Of a stretch of DNA of 50,076 nt, positions 40,891-49,757 are shown in pieces (positions within the stretch are counted from its first letter, which is position 1; each line of letters starts with the position of its first letter). The translations under genes and the position numbers were made by a program. This DNA comes from Alphaproteobacteria bacterium (GTDB lineage Bacteria > Pseudomonadota > Alphaproteobacteria > CACIAM-22H2), in the NCBI GenBank assembly GCA_016869415.1, contig VGEI01000001.1, forward strand, positions 1 through 50,076. Reading direction: 5' to 3'. The notes under the pieces are model-generated. The model was not told where the DNA came from, ran no database searches, and saw nothing but the letters and a program-made list of their open reading frames with translations.

Positions 40891-42072
40891 GTGGACCTAC
40901 TAAGCCCCGAGATCCTTGCCAGTCTAGTGACCCTGACCGCTCTCGAGATCGTCCTCGGGATCGACAACATCGTGATGATTGCGGTTATTGCTAATGCGCT
41001 GCCTCCGGCTCAGCGCGAAAAGGCACGCTTGGTCGGGCTGGCGCTGGCGCTGATTACTCGGCTGGCGCTGCTTTTCGTCATCAGCTGGATTGCCGGCCTG
41101 ATCCAGCCGCTGGTCACGCTATTCGGCCAGAGCTTCTCCGGCCGTGACCTGATCATGCTCGGCGGCGGTCTGTTCCTGCTCTGGAAGGCGGTGCACGAGA
41201 TGCACGCCGCCGTGGAAGAGGCGGGCCGTCCGGGTCAGACCCGTGCCGTCGGCAGCTTCGCCGCCGCAATCACCCAGATCGTCGTGCTCGATGTCGTCTT
41301 CTCGTTCGATTCCGTGATCACCGCGGTCGGCATGGCAAGCGATATCTGGGTCATGGTCGTGGCGATCGTCGTCGCCGTAGCTGTGATGCTCTTCGCCTCG
41401 GGCCCGATCATGCGCTTTATCCATACCCACCCGACGGTGAAGATGCTGGCTCTCGCCTTCGTGCTGCTGATCGGCATGGCGCTGGTTGCCGAGGGCTTCG
41501 GGTTCCAGATTCCCAAGGCCTATCTCTATGCCGCGATGGCCTTCTCGGTTCTCGTCGAATCCCTCAACGTCCTGGTCAGCCGCCGCCGGGCGCGTGCCGC
41601 AGCACTGGCCGAGGCCGCGGCCCCCGCCCCGGCGCTTACCTCGGGGTCGCCCCTCAAGGTACTGGTCCCCGCGGACGGCTCAGCCAGTGCGGCCCGCGCG
41701 GTGCGCGCAGTGGCTGAGCTCGTGCGCGGCAACGCCGCCCGGGTCGAACTTCATGTGCTCAACGTGCAGCCGCCGATCGGCACCGCGCGGGCCTATGCTG
41801 GCAAGGATGCCGTGCAGGACTTTCACCGTGTGGAGGCTGAAAAGGCGTTGGCGCCACTGCGCACGCTCCTTGACGAACTCGGCCTGAAGGCGACGCTCCA
41901 CGTCCTTGTCGGGCCGCTCGGCGACACTGTGGCGCGGCTGGCCAGTGAGCTCCACGCCGATCGCATTGTCATGGGCACTCGCACGGCCAGCCCGCTCGGC
42001 GGCCTGCTACTGGGTAGTGCCGCGACCGAGGTGCTGCAGCGCGCCCCGGTCCCGGTGACGCTGGTCAAGTAG
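40891..42072 (+). CDS. TerC-family membrane domain fused to a C-terminal universal stress protein (UspA) domain
   Basis: N-terminal part has [10 protein letters not shown] and SFDSVITAV (TerC motifs). The C-terminal ~145 aa ([10 protein letters not shown]...[37 protein letters not shown]) are USP-like. GTG start. Confidence 0.75.
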   Translation: MDLLSPEILASLVTLTALEIVLGIDNIVMIAVIANALPPAQREKARLVGLALALITRLALLFVISWIAGLIQPLVTLFGQSFSGRDLIMLGGGLFLLWKAVHEMHAAVEEAGRPGQTRAVGSFAAAITQIVVLDVVFSFDSVITAVGMASDIWVMVVAIVVAVAVMLFASGPIMRFIHTHPTVKMLALAFVLLIGMALVAEGFGFQIPKAYLYAAMAFSVLVESLNVLVSRRRARAAALAEAAAPAPALTSGSPLKVLVPADGSASAARAVRAVAELVRGNAARVELHVLNVQPPIGTARAYAGKDAVQDFHRVEAEKALAPLRTLLDELGLKATLHVLVGPLGDTVARLASELHADRIVMGTRTASPLGGLLLGSAATEVLQRAPVPVTLVK

Positions 42073-42173
42073 GCGCGACGACCTTACCCGCAAATTGCGC
42101 AGGGTTGCGTGGCTGGAATCCCCGTGTTACGCAGCCGCCGATCCACCCACCGTCTTGTCGGAGTTGTTTGACG

Positions 42174-42509
42174 ATGACCTATGTCGTCACTGAAGCCTGC
42201 ATCAAGTGCAAGTACATGGACTGCGTCGAGGTCTGTCCCGTGGATTGCTTCTACGAGGGCGAGAACATGCTGGTTATTAAACCAGCCGAGTGCATCGATT
42301 GTGGGGTCTGCGAGCCGGAGTGCCCAGCCGAGGCGATCATCCCGGATACCGATCCGGGCGCGGAGAAGTGGGTAACAATCAATACGCAGTACGCTGAGGA
42401 ATGGCCGAATATTACCCGGAAGGGAGAGGCGCCCGGAGACGCCGATACCTGGAAGGGAATCCCAGATAAATTTGGAAAGCATTTTAGTCCCAAGCCAGCC
42501 GCTAGATAG
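42174..42509 (+). CDS. fdxA: 7Fe-type ferredoxin FdxA
   Basis: [26 protein letters not shown] and [12 protein letters not shown] cluster motifs. 111 aa. Confidence 0.9.
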   Translation: MTYVVTEACIKCKYMDCVEVCPVDCFYEGENMLVIKPAECIDCGVCEPECPAEAIIPDTDPGAEKWVTINTQYAEEWPNITRKGEAPGDADTWKGIPDKFGKHFSPKPAAR

Positions 42510-42571
42510 CCTATATAAGTTATTGTTATTCTTATCTATAGGCTTGTCTCCCTGGGGACGGCGGGTGTAAG

Positions 42572-42600
42572 TGTTGTAAGATTGTGATAGGATTACAACA
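42572..42600. repeat. 8-bp perfect inverted repeat TGTTGTAA-N13-TTACAACA in a low-GC intergenic patch
   Basis: Read directly in the fdxA-carD spacer. A second inverted repeat, AGCCTATA (42508-42515) / TATAGGCT (42537-42544), overlaps the fdxA stop. Confidence 0.35.
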
Positions 42601-42784
42601 TTATCGGGTGAGCGACTGTACGCGCCCGAGCGAACCCTAAGCCAAGGGATCGCATCGGGTAGCCAAGCCCGCGACATGGATACTCCGTCCCCGCTTGCCA
42701 GGCATCGGTCTGGTGGCCAGGCCACGGAATTTGCCGTGTCAGAGGCGGCGGAATGCGGCAGTGCCGTGACGTGAAAGGTGGTTC

Positions 42785-43327
42785 ATGAGCGTTACCAAGA
42801 GCAAGACTGGCATCAAGAAGGTTGCGCGCGAGACCGATGATGTCGGCTACGCGGCGGGCGACCATGTCGTGTACCCGACGCATGGCGTCGGCAAGATCGG
42901 TAGCATCGAGACCCAGGAAATCGTCGGCCAGAAGCTTAGGCTGCTGGTCATCCAGTTCGACAAGGACCGGATGACGTTGCGCGTGCCCGTGAGCAAGGCA
43001 AAGTCGTCCGGGCTTCGGCGCCTGTGCACGCGCAAGGAGATGCAGGCGGCACTGGTCACCCTCAAAGGCCGCTCGCGCATCAAGCGCACGATGTGGAGCC
43101 GCCGCGCCCAGGAGTACGAGGCAAAGATCAATTCGGGCGATCCGCGTTCGATCGCCGAAGTGGTGCGCGACCTCTATCGCAACGCCGGACAACCCGATCA
43201 GTCGTTCAGCGAACGCCAGATGTACCAGGCAGCGCTGGACCGTCTGGCGCGCGAGTTCGCCGCGGTGGAGCGGATTCCCGAGGATATCGCCACGCAGCGT
43301 CTCGAGGCGATGCTCAAGGCGGCCTGA
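42785..43327 (+). CDS. carD: CarD/CdnL-family RNA-polymerase-binding transcription factor
   Basis: GDHVVYPTHGVGKIGSIETQEIVGQKLRLLVIQF is a typical CarD N-terminal Tudor-like domain. 180 aa. Confidence 0.9.
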   Translation: MSVTKSKTGIKKVARETDDVGYAAGDHVVYPTHGVGKIGSIETQEIVGQKLRLLVIQFDKDRMTLRVPVSKAKSSGLRRLCTRKEMQAALVTLKGRSRIKRTMWSRRAQEYEAKINSGDPRSIAEVVRDLYRNAGQPDQSFSERQMYQAALDRLAREFAAVERIPEDIATQRLEAMLKAA

Positions 43328-43352
43328 GCCGTCTCAAGTGCGAGGAAATTAA

Positions 43353-43383
43353 GGGCAGGCCGCAAGGCCTGCCCTTTTTTATT
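43353..43383 (+). terminator. Intrinsic terminator of carD
   Basis: GGGCAGGCC-GCAA-GGCCTGCCC followed by TTTTTTATT. Confidence 0.85.
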
Positions 43384-43423
43384 GCAGCAGGGCGGTGTCT
43401 CGCCGCTATAAGCTCGTTCGGGA

Positions 43424-44263
43424 ATGCTGAGAGCAAGTCGAGTCGCGGAATCTCCGGCGCCAAGGCCTGCGGATCACAAATTCGCGGTCATCCGGCGTGC
43501 GACACGTGTCTGGGCGGTGGCCGCGATCCACGGTGACGCCGACCGCCTCTGTGTCATCCACGACGGCATCGCATCCCGGCTCCTGCCGGGTGATCGGCTC
43601 GTCTATCTCGGTAACTATCTCGGCCGCGGCGGCAGCATCATTGCCACACTCGACGAGTTGCTTCGTTTCCGACGCGAGGTCATTGCCCGGCCTGACATGT
43701 TTGCCTCCGACGTCGTCTATCTGCGCGGCAGCCAGGAGGAGATGTGGCAGAAGCTGCTCCAGCTTCATTTCGCCGTTAACCCGCTCGAGATTCTAGACTG
43801 GATGATGGGCCAAGGAGCAGAGGCGACGCTGCTTGCCTATGGCGGCGATCCCCTGCGCGCCCGTGCCGCGATGCGCGATGGCGCCATGGCCATCGGGCGC
43901 TGGACCGCCGCGGTGCGCCAGGCAATGGCCGCGCATCCCGGCCATCGTGAACTGATGAGCGTTCTGCGCCGCGCCGCCCACACCGATGATGCCAGCCTGC
44001 TCTTCGTGCATGCTGGGCTCGATCCAAGGCGGCCGCTGACCGAGCAGGGGGATACGCTGTGGTGGGGGCATGGGGCCTGGCCGAGGTTGAAGGGCCCTTA
44101 TGCCGATTACCGGTGCGTCGTGCGCGGCTACGGCGGCGGTGCCGCCGCGCCGGATCCGGGACCGCATGCCCTGACGCTCGATGCCGGCTGCGGTGCCGGC
44201 GGTCCGCTGGTGGCGGCCTGTCTGACCCCTGACGGCGCCGTCGTCGAGCGGCTCGAGGCCTAG
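43424..44263 (+). CDS. PPP-family (lambda-PP/PrpA-like) metallophosphoesterase homologue with degenerate catalytic motifs
   Basis: Collinear with the PPP motifs but substituted: AAIHG for GDxHG, GNYLGRG for GDxVDRG, RGSQEE for RGNHE, RGYGGG for GH(T/S). VHAG is retained. Confidence 0.7.
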   Translation: MLRASRVAESPAPRPADHKFAVIRRATRVWAVAAIHGDADRLCVIHDGIASRLLPGDRLVYLGNYLGRGGSIIATLDELLRFRREVIARPDMFASDVVYLRGSQEEMWQKLLQLHFAVNPLEILDWMMGQGAEATLLAYGGDPLRARAAMRDGAMAIGRWTAAVRQAMAAHPGHRELMSVLRRAAHTDDASLLFVHAGLDPRRPLTEQGDTLWWGHGAWPRLKGPYADYRCVVRGYGGGAAAPDPGPHALTLDAGCGAGGPLVAACLTPDGAVVERLEA

Positions 44264-44270
44264 ACGCATT

Positions 44271-45077
44271 CTACTTTCGAGGCGGCACCAGCCTCTCGAT
44301 CTGCGCGGCATGCGTCACATCGATCACCGGCCCGTTCTGCCAGCGCAGCCACCCCCGCACCCGCAAGGGCATCCCGGCGAGCCGGTCGACGTTCCACCCG
44401 GCGTCACGCAGCTCGGCTCGGGCATGGGTTGACAGGTTCAGAATGAGGCGCTCGCGCTGACCCTCAAGGGCGAGGCGGCCGGCGGGATGCCCGGCCAACA
44501 CCACCGCAGCCCCCTCGACGATCTGAAAGGTCTCGATCCAGCGGCCGAGTTCGTCAGGCGCGCGGATGCGAAACGCCTCGTGACGCCAGAGGCCACGCTG
44601 GGCTTCCCGCGCCTCGGCTTCGAGGCGCAGCAGGAGATCGGCGCCAGTGTCGATTTCGGCCGTCGTCTGCACACGGGCGAGACCGTTTGAGACCAGGACG
44701 GCCTGCACCCACTCCGCCGCTGGCGTGGCGACATGGGCCGTCAGGCGGCCATGACGGTCGCGCTGTGGCCCAGGGGCCACGTACAGCACAACGTCCCGCC
44801 CCTCGATCAGCGTGGCTAGCACCTCGCGCGCCGCCAGTGCCAGGCGCTCGAGCCCGGCATCGGGCCGAGCAGGCTGGCCGGCGCGAGGCGGGGTAGAGCG
44901 GGGTGCCAGGATGGCCGCGAGGCGCAGCTCGCGCCCGTCGCCCAGGCGCACCGTCTCGCCGTCGATCACCTCGCGCACCGGCAGGCGCTCGCCGGAGGTC
45001 AGGCCGGGCGGCAGCGTCTGGCCCGACGCCTGGCACACCAGGATCGAGATAGCGCCCGCAAGCCATTGTGCCCTCAT
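44271..45077 (-). CDS. Secreted staphylococcal-nuclease (SNase/thermonuclease)-like protein with a C-terminal extension
   Basis: Start at MRAQWLAGAISILVCQASGQ (signal). SNase-like blocks VIDGETVRLGDGRELRLAAI, DRHGRLTAHV and EAEAREAQRGLW. Confidence 0.7.
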   Translation of the reverse strand: MRAQWLAGAISILVCQASGQTLPPGLTSGERLPVREVIDGETVRLGDGRELRLAAILAPRSTPPRAGQPARPDAGLERLALAAREVLATLIEGRDVVLYVAPGPQRDRHGRLTAHVATPAAEWVQAVLVSNGLARVQTTAEIDTGADLLLRLEAEAREAQRGLWRHEAFRIRAPDELGRWIETFQIVEGAAVVLAGHPAGRLALEGQRERLILNLSTHARAELRDAGWNVDRLAGMPLRVRGWLRWQNGPVIDVTHAAQIERLVPPRK

Positions 45078-45136
45078 GCCAAAAGTGTAACGCGTAAGCC
45101 GGTTGACGGGGGGGCGGCCGATGGTAATTCTGGAGC

Positions 45137-46099
45137 ATGGCCGCCGATTCAACGTCGCGTAGCGACCTCTATCCGCCCATCGAACCCTATGCCGCCGGGA
45201 TGCTGGATCTCGACGGTCGGCACACGATGTACTGGGAACAGAGCGGCAATCCCAAGGGCGCGCCGGTGGTGTTCCTACATGGCGGGCCCGGTGCCGGCTC
45301 GACGCCGGCCCATCGCCGGTTCTTCGATCCCCATCATTACCGCATCATCATTTTCGATCAGCGGGGTGCGGGCCGTTCCCGCCCGCATGGCGATCTGGCC
45401 GACAACACGACCCCCCATCTGGTCGAGGACATCGAGCGCCTGCGCCGTCATCTCGGTATCGATTCCTGGCTGGTCTTCGGCGGCTCCTGGGGCTCGACCC
45501 TGGCGCTGGCCTATGCCGAGACGCATGCTGCGCGCTGCCGCGCCCTGGTGCTGCGCGGCATCTTTCTCTGCCGCAAGGTGGAGATCGACTGGTTCCTCTA
45601 TGGGCTGCGGCATGTCTTTCCCGAGGCGTGGCGTGCGTTTTCGGGGTTTCTGCCAGAGAGCGAGCGCGGCGATATCCTGGAGGCCTATTTCCGCCGTCTG
45701 AGCCATCCCGATCCGGCCATCCACATGCCGGCCGCGCGCGCCTGGAGCACCTACGAGGGTGCTTGTTCCACGCTGCTGCCCAGCCCGGAGACGGTGTCGG
45801 CCTTCGCCGAGGACCGCATGGCACTGGGACTGGCCCGCATCGAGGCTCATTACTTCCGTCACAACAGCTTTCTCGACGACGATCAACTGCTCAAAGGTGC
45901 GCGCCGCCTGGCCGGCATCCCCGCGACCATCGTCCAAGGGCGCTACGACATGGTGTGCCCGATCATGAGTGCCGACGATCTCGTGCGGGCCTGGCCGGAG
46001 GCGACTTATCTCGTCGTCTCGGATGCCGGGCACTCCGCCATGGAGCCGGGAATCCGGGCAGCACTGGTCGCGGCGATGGAGCGCTACAAGACCCTGTGA
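45137..46099 (+). CDS. pip: Prolyl aminopeptidase (proline iminopeptidase)
   Basis: YWEQSGNPKGAPVVFLHGGPG, nucleophile GGSWGSTLAL, C-terminal GHSA. 320 aa. Confidence 0.9.
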   Translation: MAADSTSRSDLYPPIEPYAAGMLDLDGRHTMYWEQSGNPKGAPVVFLHGGPGAGSTPAHRRFFDPHHYRIIIFDQRGAGRSRPHGDLADNTTPHLVEDIERLRRHLGIDSWLVFGGSWGSTLALAYAETHAARCRALVLRGIFLCRKVEIDWFLYGLRHVFPEAWRAFSGFLPESERGDILEAYFRRLSHPDPAIHMPAARAWSTYEGACSTLLPSPETVSAFAEDRMALGLARIEAHYFRHNSFLDDDQLLKGARRLAGIPATIVQGRYDMVCPIMSADDLVRAWPEATYLVVSDAGHSAMEPGIRAALVAAMERYKTL

Positions 46100-46103
46100 A
46101 CCG

Positions 46104-46505
46104 TCAGTTGGCGACCCGCCAGGTGCCGTCGGGCTGCAGGCAGGCGGTGCCGTAGCTCGGCTGCGGCATGCCGCCGACCGTCACCGTGGACTGGTATTCA
46201 CGACAATACCGGCCGTCCACCGTCCGGTAGGGTGGCGAGGTGGGAGCCGCGGTGAGCGGCGGCGGCGTGGGGAGATAGACCACCCGCGGCGCCGGCGCGT
46301 AATAGATCGGCGGCGGGTAGTGGTAATAGCTGTAGTGATACTGCGGCCAATGATGATGCCGGCGATGGCTGTGATAGTCTTGGTGACGATGCCTATGGCC
46401 GGAGCTGTAGCCGAACAAGAACGAATCGGCCAAGGCAGGTGTGGCCGGCCAAAGGAGTGTGCCGGCGATACCGCTCGCGGCCCCCAGGGTGAACCAGCGC
46501 TTCAT
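46104..46505 (-). CDS. Secreted surface-antigen-like small protein with a His/Tyr-rich segment
   Basis: Signal peptide ending ALADS. It has 10 His and 6 Tyr in residues 34-63. The C-terminal block [31 protein letters not shown] resembles the 17-kDa surface antigen (COG4520-type) motif. Confidence 0.65.
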   Translation of the reverse strand: MKRWFTLGAASGIAGTLLWPATPALADSFLFGYSSGHRHRHQDYHSHRRHHHWPQYHYSYYHYPPPIYYAPAPRVVYLPTPPPLTAAPTSPPYRTVDGRYCREYQSTVTVGGMPQPSYGTACLQPDGTWRVAN

Positions 46506-46664
46506 GGGCTGTAGCTCCGCCGTTTCAGCGACAACGCCTGTCGTCCCCCCTCTATTTCGTCGGTCCGCTTCCGCCCTCTGAGACTAACGGTGAGGCGCCC
46601 GCTTGCGCGCAAGGGGGGCGGTTGGTATAGGCTAGGCCGCAACGGGGACAGGGGGTACTCCAGC

Positions 46665-47180
46665 ATGGCGTTCTACGACAAAGGCTTACGGGCCCTCGCC
46701 GTGGCGCTCTGCCTGCTGGTCGCCGGGTATGCGGCCGAAGCACGCGCGCAGGATCCGTCCTTCCTGACCATTTCGGGCGGCTATTTCGACTTCAACCGGC
46801 AGAAAAATACCGCGGCCGAGGTTGGCATCCAGTGGCGCGGGTCGGAGAAACTCTGGATCTTTCAGCCCATCGTCGGCGCCATGGGGACCTCCGACATCTC
46901 AGGCAACATTTACGCCGGGATCAGCCTCGATATTTTCTTCGGCAATCGCTTGGTCCTGCGCCCGAGCTTCGCGCCGGGTCTCTACACCAAGGGCAGCAAG
47001 GGCCACGACCTGGGCCATGTGATCGAGTTTCGGTCCGGCGGGGAAATCGCCTATCGCTTCGACGATCGTTCGCGCCTGGGCCTCGAGGTCTATCACCTCT
47101 CTAATGCCCGTCTCGGGAACAAGAACCCCGGTGAGGAATCCATCGTCCTCACCTATTCGATACCGCTGACCGGACGCTGA
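46665..47180 (+). CDS. Acyloxyacyl hydrolase (PagL-like lipid A deacylase family) outer-membrane protein
   Basis: Start at MAFYDKGLRALAVALCLLVAGYAAEARAQ (signal). Beta-barrel-like alternation. VYHLSNA catalytic His/Ser context. Confidence 0.72.
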   Translation: MAFYDKGLRALAVALCLLVAGYAAEARAQDPSFLTISGGYFDFNRQKNTAAEVGIQWRGSEKLWIFQPIVGAMGTSDISGNIYAGISLDIFFGNRLVLRPSFAPGLYTKGSKGHDLGHVIEFRSGGEIAYRFDDRSRLGLEVYHLSNARLGNKNPGEESIVLTYSIPLTGR

Positions 47181-47183
47181 CCT

Positions 47184-48296
47184 TCAGCCCGCGAGCAGGT
47201 TGGCGCCGCGCAGACGCCAGCGCCGCAGCACATCCAGGCTTTCCTGATGCGTGATACGGCGGAAGAGGTCGATCGCTGCTTCGCGCTCGGCCTGGCCGCC
47301 GCGCCCGCTGCCGTCCTCGCTGCGGATCGGTACCGCCTCGAGCAGCGCCGCGACCACGGGCCGCTCGATGCCCGCTGCCCGGCAGGCCACGGCCAGGGCC
47401 CGGCCATCGGGCTGGTAGAGGATGCGCCGTGCCAGCCGGATACCGACATTCAGGTAGCGGGCGAACAGCGCTTCGAACAGCGAGATGTGGCCCGTCTTGA
47501 TCAGCCGGACGAGGACCATGGGATCGTTGAGCCGCTCCGCCTTGATGGCCTCGGCGAGACCACGCTCGGCCTCGTCCCACGGCACCTCCGGTCCGTGCCC
47601 GGCGGCAATGTCGCCGAGGCTCTCGAGCAGCGGTTCCTCGAGGAGATGAGCCGGCATCTTGTATTTCTGCTCGATGACCGTGCGTAGCTCGCTGGCCACC
47701 CAGCCGTACATGCGGGCGGCGACATCGCCGGGCAAGTCTTCGCGCTTGAGCAGCGGTACCTGCAGCGCTGTCTCCTTCTGCGAGCGCTCCGCGATATAGG
47801 CGTAGGTGGCCTCGGCGATGCGCGCGCTCGGATTTTTCAGCAGCTCGCTGACCACGTCGGTGTCGCCCGTCTCGGCGACCACGGCCGAAACTCCCTTGCT
47901 GAGATCCTGGCGTGCCGCGACGGCCAGCTGATGCTGCTTGGTCTTGTGGCGGACGATCTCGATCAGATCCCGGTCGCGTAGCGCCGCGCTCATGGCGAGG
48001 ACGGGGCGGGCCACCATGATGTCGTCGCGGGCCAGCGCCAGCACGAGATCGCGCGGCGCACGGCCATCACGGGCCAGGCGGTCGGCCATGCGCTGGCGCA
48101 CGGCAGTCTCGGCCTCGTGGACGAGCTTGCGCAGGATGTCGGTGGCAATGTCGAGTTCGCGCGGGCTGAATGGCGCCCCGTCGACGTAAATGATCTCCGA
48201 CAGATCGTCGGCGATCCGGTCCTTGGCCTCGTCCGCCTCGCTGCGGGCCAGGCCGAGCAGGGCTTCGATCTTCTGCTGGATGACGGCGTCGGTCAT
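47184..48296 (-). CDS. DUF2336-family protein
   Basis: 370 aa helical-repeat-like protein. Resembles DUF2336 proteins of Rhizobiales, from memory. Co-oriented 51 nt downstream of the pentapeptide-repeat gene. Confidence 0.65.
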   Translation of the reverse strand: MTDAVIQQKIEALLGLARSEADEAKDRIADDLSEIIYVDGAPFSPRELDIATDILRKLVHEAETAVRQRMADRLARDGRAPRDLVLALARDDIMVARPVLAMSAALRDRDLIEIVRHKTKQHQLAVAARQDLSKGVSAVVAETGDTDVVSELLKNPSARIAEATYAYIAERSQKETALQVPLLKREDLPGDVAARMYGWVASELRTVIEQKYKMPAHLLEEPLLESLGDIAAGHGPEVPWDEAERGLAEAIKAERLNDPMVLVRLIKTGHISLFEALFARYLNVGIRLARRILYQPDGRALAVACRAAGIERPVVAALLEAVPIRSEDGSGRGGQAEREAAIDLFRRITHQESLDVLRRWRLRGANLLAG

Positions 48297-48347
48297 GCGG
48301 GGCCGATATTATCACCCTTCCGGGAAACGGGGCGGCAAGACAGGCGG

Positions 48348-49757
48348 CTAGAGGTCGTCGTCCTCGTCATCGCGGAAGAACCTCTCGGGCAGGCCTTTGG
48401 TGCCACGCAGATCCGCATGGTCGAGCTGAGCGCCCCGCAGATCCGCGTGGTTGAAGATAGCGTCGCGCAGGTCAGCGTGCCGCAGGTCGACATCCTGCAG
48501 ATTGGCCTTGGTGAAATTGGCGCCCGCGCATCTTGCTCGGCGGAGATCGGCCCCCGCGAGGTTTGTCTCGAACAGCTTGGCGTGCTCGAAATTGGCCGGC
48601 CAGCTCTGGGTGCTGGCGAAGGCGACGTCGATCGGCCCAGCGCGGACTCCGGTCAGGTTGGCATGGGACAGGTTGGCGCGCTGCAATCGCGCACCGCGCA
48701 GATCGGCGTGGCGCAGATCGGCAGCGTTGAGATCGGCGAAGGCCAGCTCGGCCATGACAAAGTTGGCCTTGCTGAGATCGCTTTCGCGCAGCACGGCGTA
48801 TTGCATGTTGGCGGCGGAGAGGTTGACATCCGCCAGGTTCTGCCGGGCCATGTCGACGCGGCTGAAATCGGCGTGCGTCCCGACCTGCGCCGATGTATTG
48901 ATCCACGAGAGATGGTTCTGAATGATCTTGCGCAGGGGGGCGCCGAGCGAATCGAGGCTGCGCGGCAGCTGCGCCTTGGTCATGTCGGTCTTCGAGGTGT
49001 CGACCGAATCGAACACCGCTCCGACGAGGTCGGCCCCCTCCAGATTGGCGCCAGCCAGGATCGCCCGCTTGAGAATGGCGCCGTGGAAAATGGCGCCGCT
49101 GAGATTGGCTTCCGACAGGTCCGTACCCTCGAGGATCGAGCCCGTCATGTTGCAGCCGCTGAGATCGGCCTTGATCAGCTTGACGTCGCGCAGGATGGCG
49201 TCGGTGAAGTCGGTCTGCATGATGAAGGAGTTGGACATGCGCGCGCGGCTGAAATCGGCCTTCTTGACCGTGGCGCCGCTCATGTCGGTTTCTTCCTTGT
49301 CGAACACCGTCTTCACCAGATTGCCCCGACCATCGGAGCGCAGCAGCACGCCAGCGCGCAGGTCGCACTCGTGAAGCGCCGAGCCCGTCAGGTCGGCCCC
49401 GCGGATGCAGGCGCCGCGCAGGTCGCACTGGGTCATGTCGGCGCTGGTGATGGCGCTGTCCCGCAGGTCGGTGGCGAAGAAGATCGCCCCTTTCAGTCTC
49501 GCTCCCTGCAGCCGTGCACCCTGGAGACGGGCGCCGGTGAAGTCGGCGCCGTCGAGCAGGCGCTTGGAGAGGTCGCGGCGGCTTAGGTCGCGAAAGCTGA
49601 AATTGGCGCGCGCACCTCCGGTCTGGCCCTTCACGAAACGCTCGTGCAGCCGAATCTGGCGCTCCATCTCGGCGACCGGGAGTGGCTTGAGATTCGAGAC
49701 GTTCTCGTCGGGAAATTCGGTCTCGTCGACTTTCGGTGCTTCAGCCATCGAGCTCAT
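48348..49757 (-). CDS. Pentapeptide-repeat protein (two repeat blocks, acidic C-terminus)
   Basis: Long runs of A(D/N)LxG-type pentapeptides, e.g. ADFTGARLQGARLQGARLKGA and ADLRHADLRGARLQRANLSHANLTG. The start is ambiguous (49757, 49748 or 49778). Confidence 0.85.
   Translation of the reverse strand: MSSMAEAPKVDETEFPDENVSNLKPLPVAEMERQIRLHERFVKGQTGGARANFSFRDLSRRDLSKRLLDGADFTGARLQGARLQGARLKGAIFFATDLRDSAITSADMTQCDLRGACIRGADLTGSALHECDLRAGVLLRSDGRGNLVKTVFDKEETDMSGATVKKADFSRARMSNSFIMQTDFTDAILRDVKLIKADLSGCNMTGSILEGTDLSEANLSGAIFHGAILKRAILAGANLEGADLVGAVFDSVDTSKTDMTKAQLPRSLDSLGAPLRKIIQNHLSWINTSAQVGTHADFSRVDMARQNLADVNLSAANMQYAVLRESDLSKANFVMAELAFADLNAADLRHADLRGARLQRANLSHANLTGVRAGPIDVAFASTQSWPANFEHAKLFETNLAGADLRRARCAGANFTKANLQDVDLRHADLRDAIFNHADLRGAQLDHADLRGTKGLPERFFRDDEDDDL

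Noticed and set aside
46602-46613. 12-bp palindrome CTTGCGCGCAAG upstream of the PagL-like gene
   Set aside because: Short GC-rich palindromes are expected by chance at this GC content. There is no second copy and no regulator context.
48117-49586. 489-aa ORF on the plus strand with its own 5-residue periodicity
   Set aside because: It is the antisense frame of the pentapeptide-repeat gene, and the periodicity is inherited from the real gene. The minus-strand product has the canonical A(D/N)LxG repeats.
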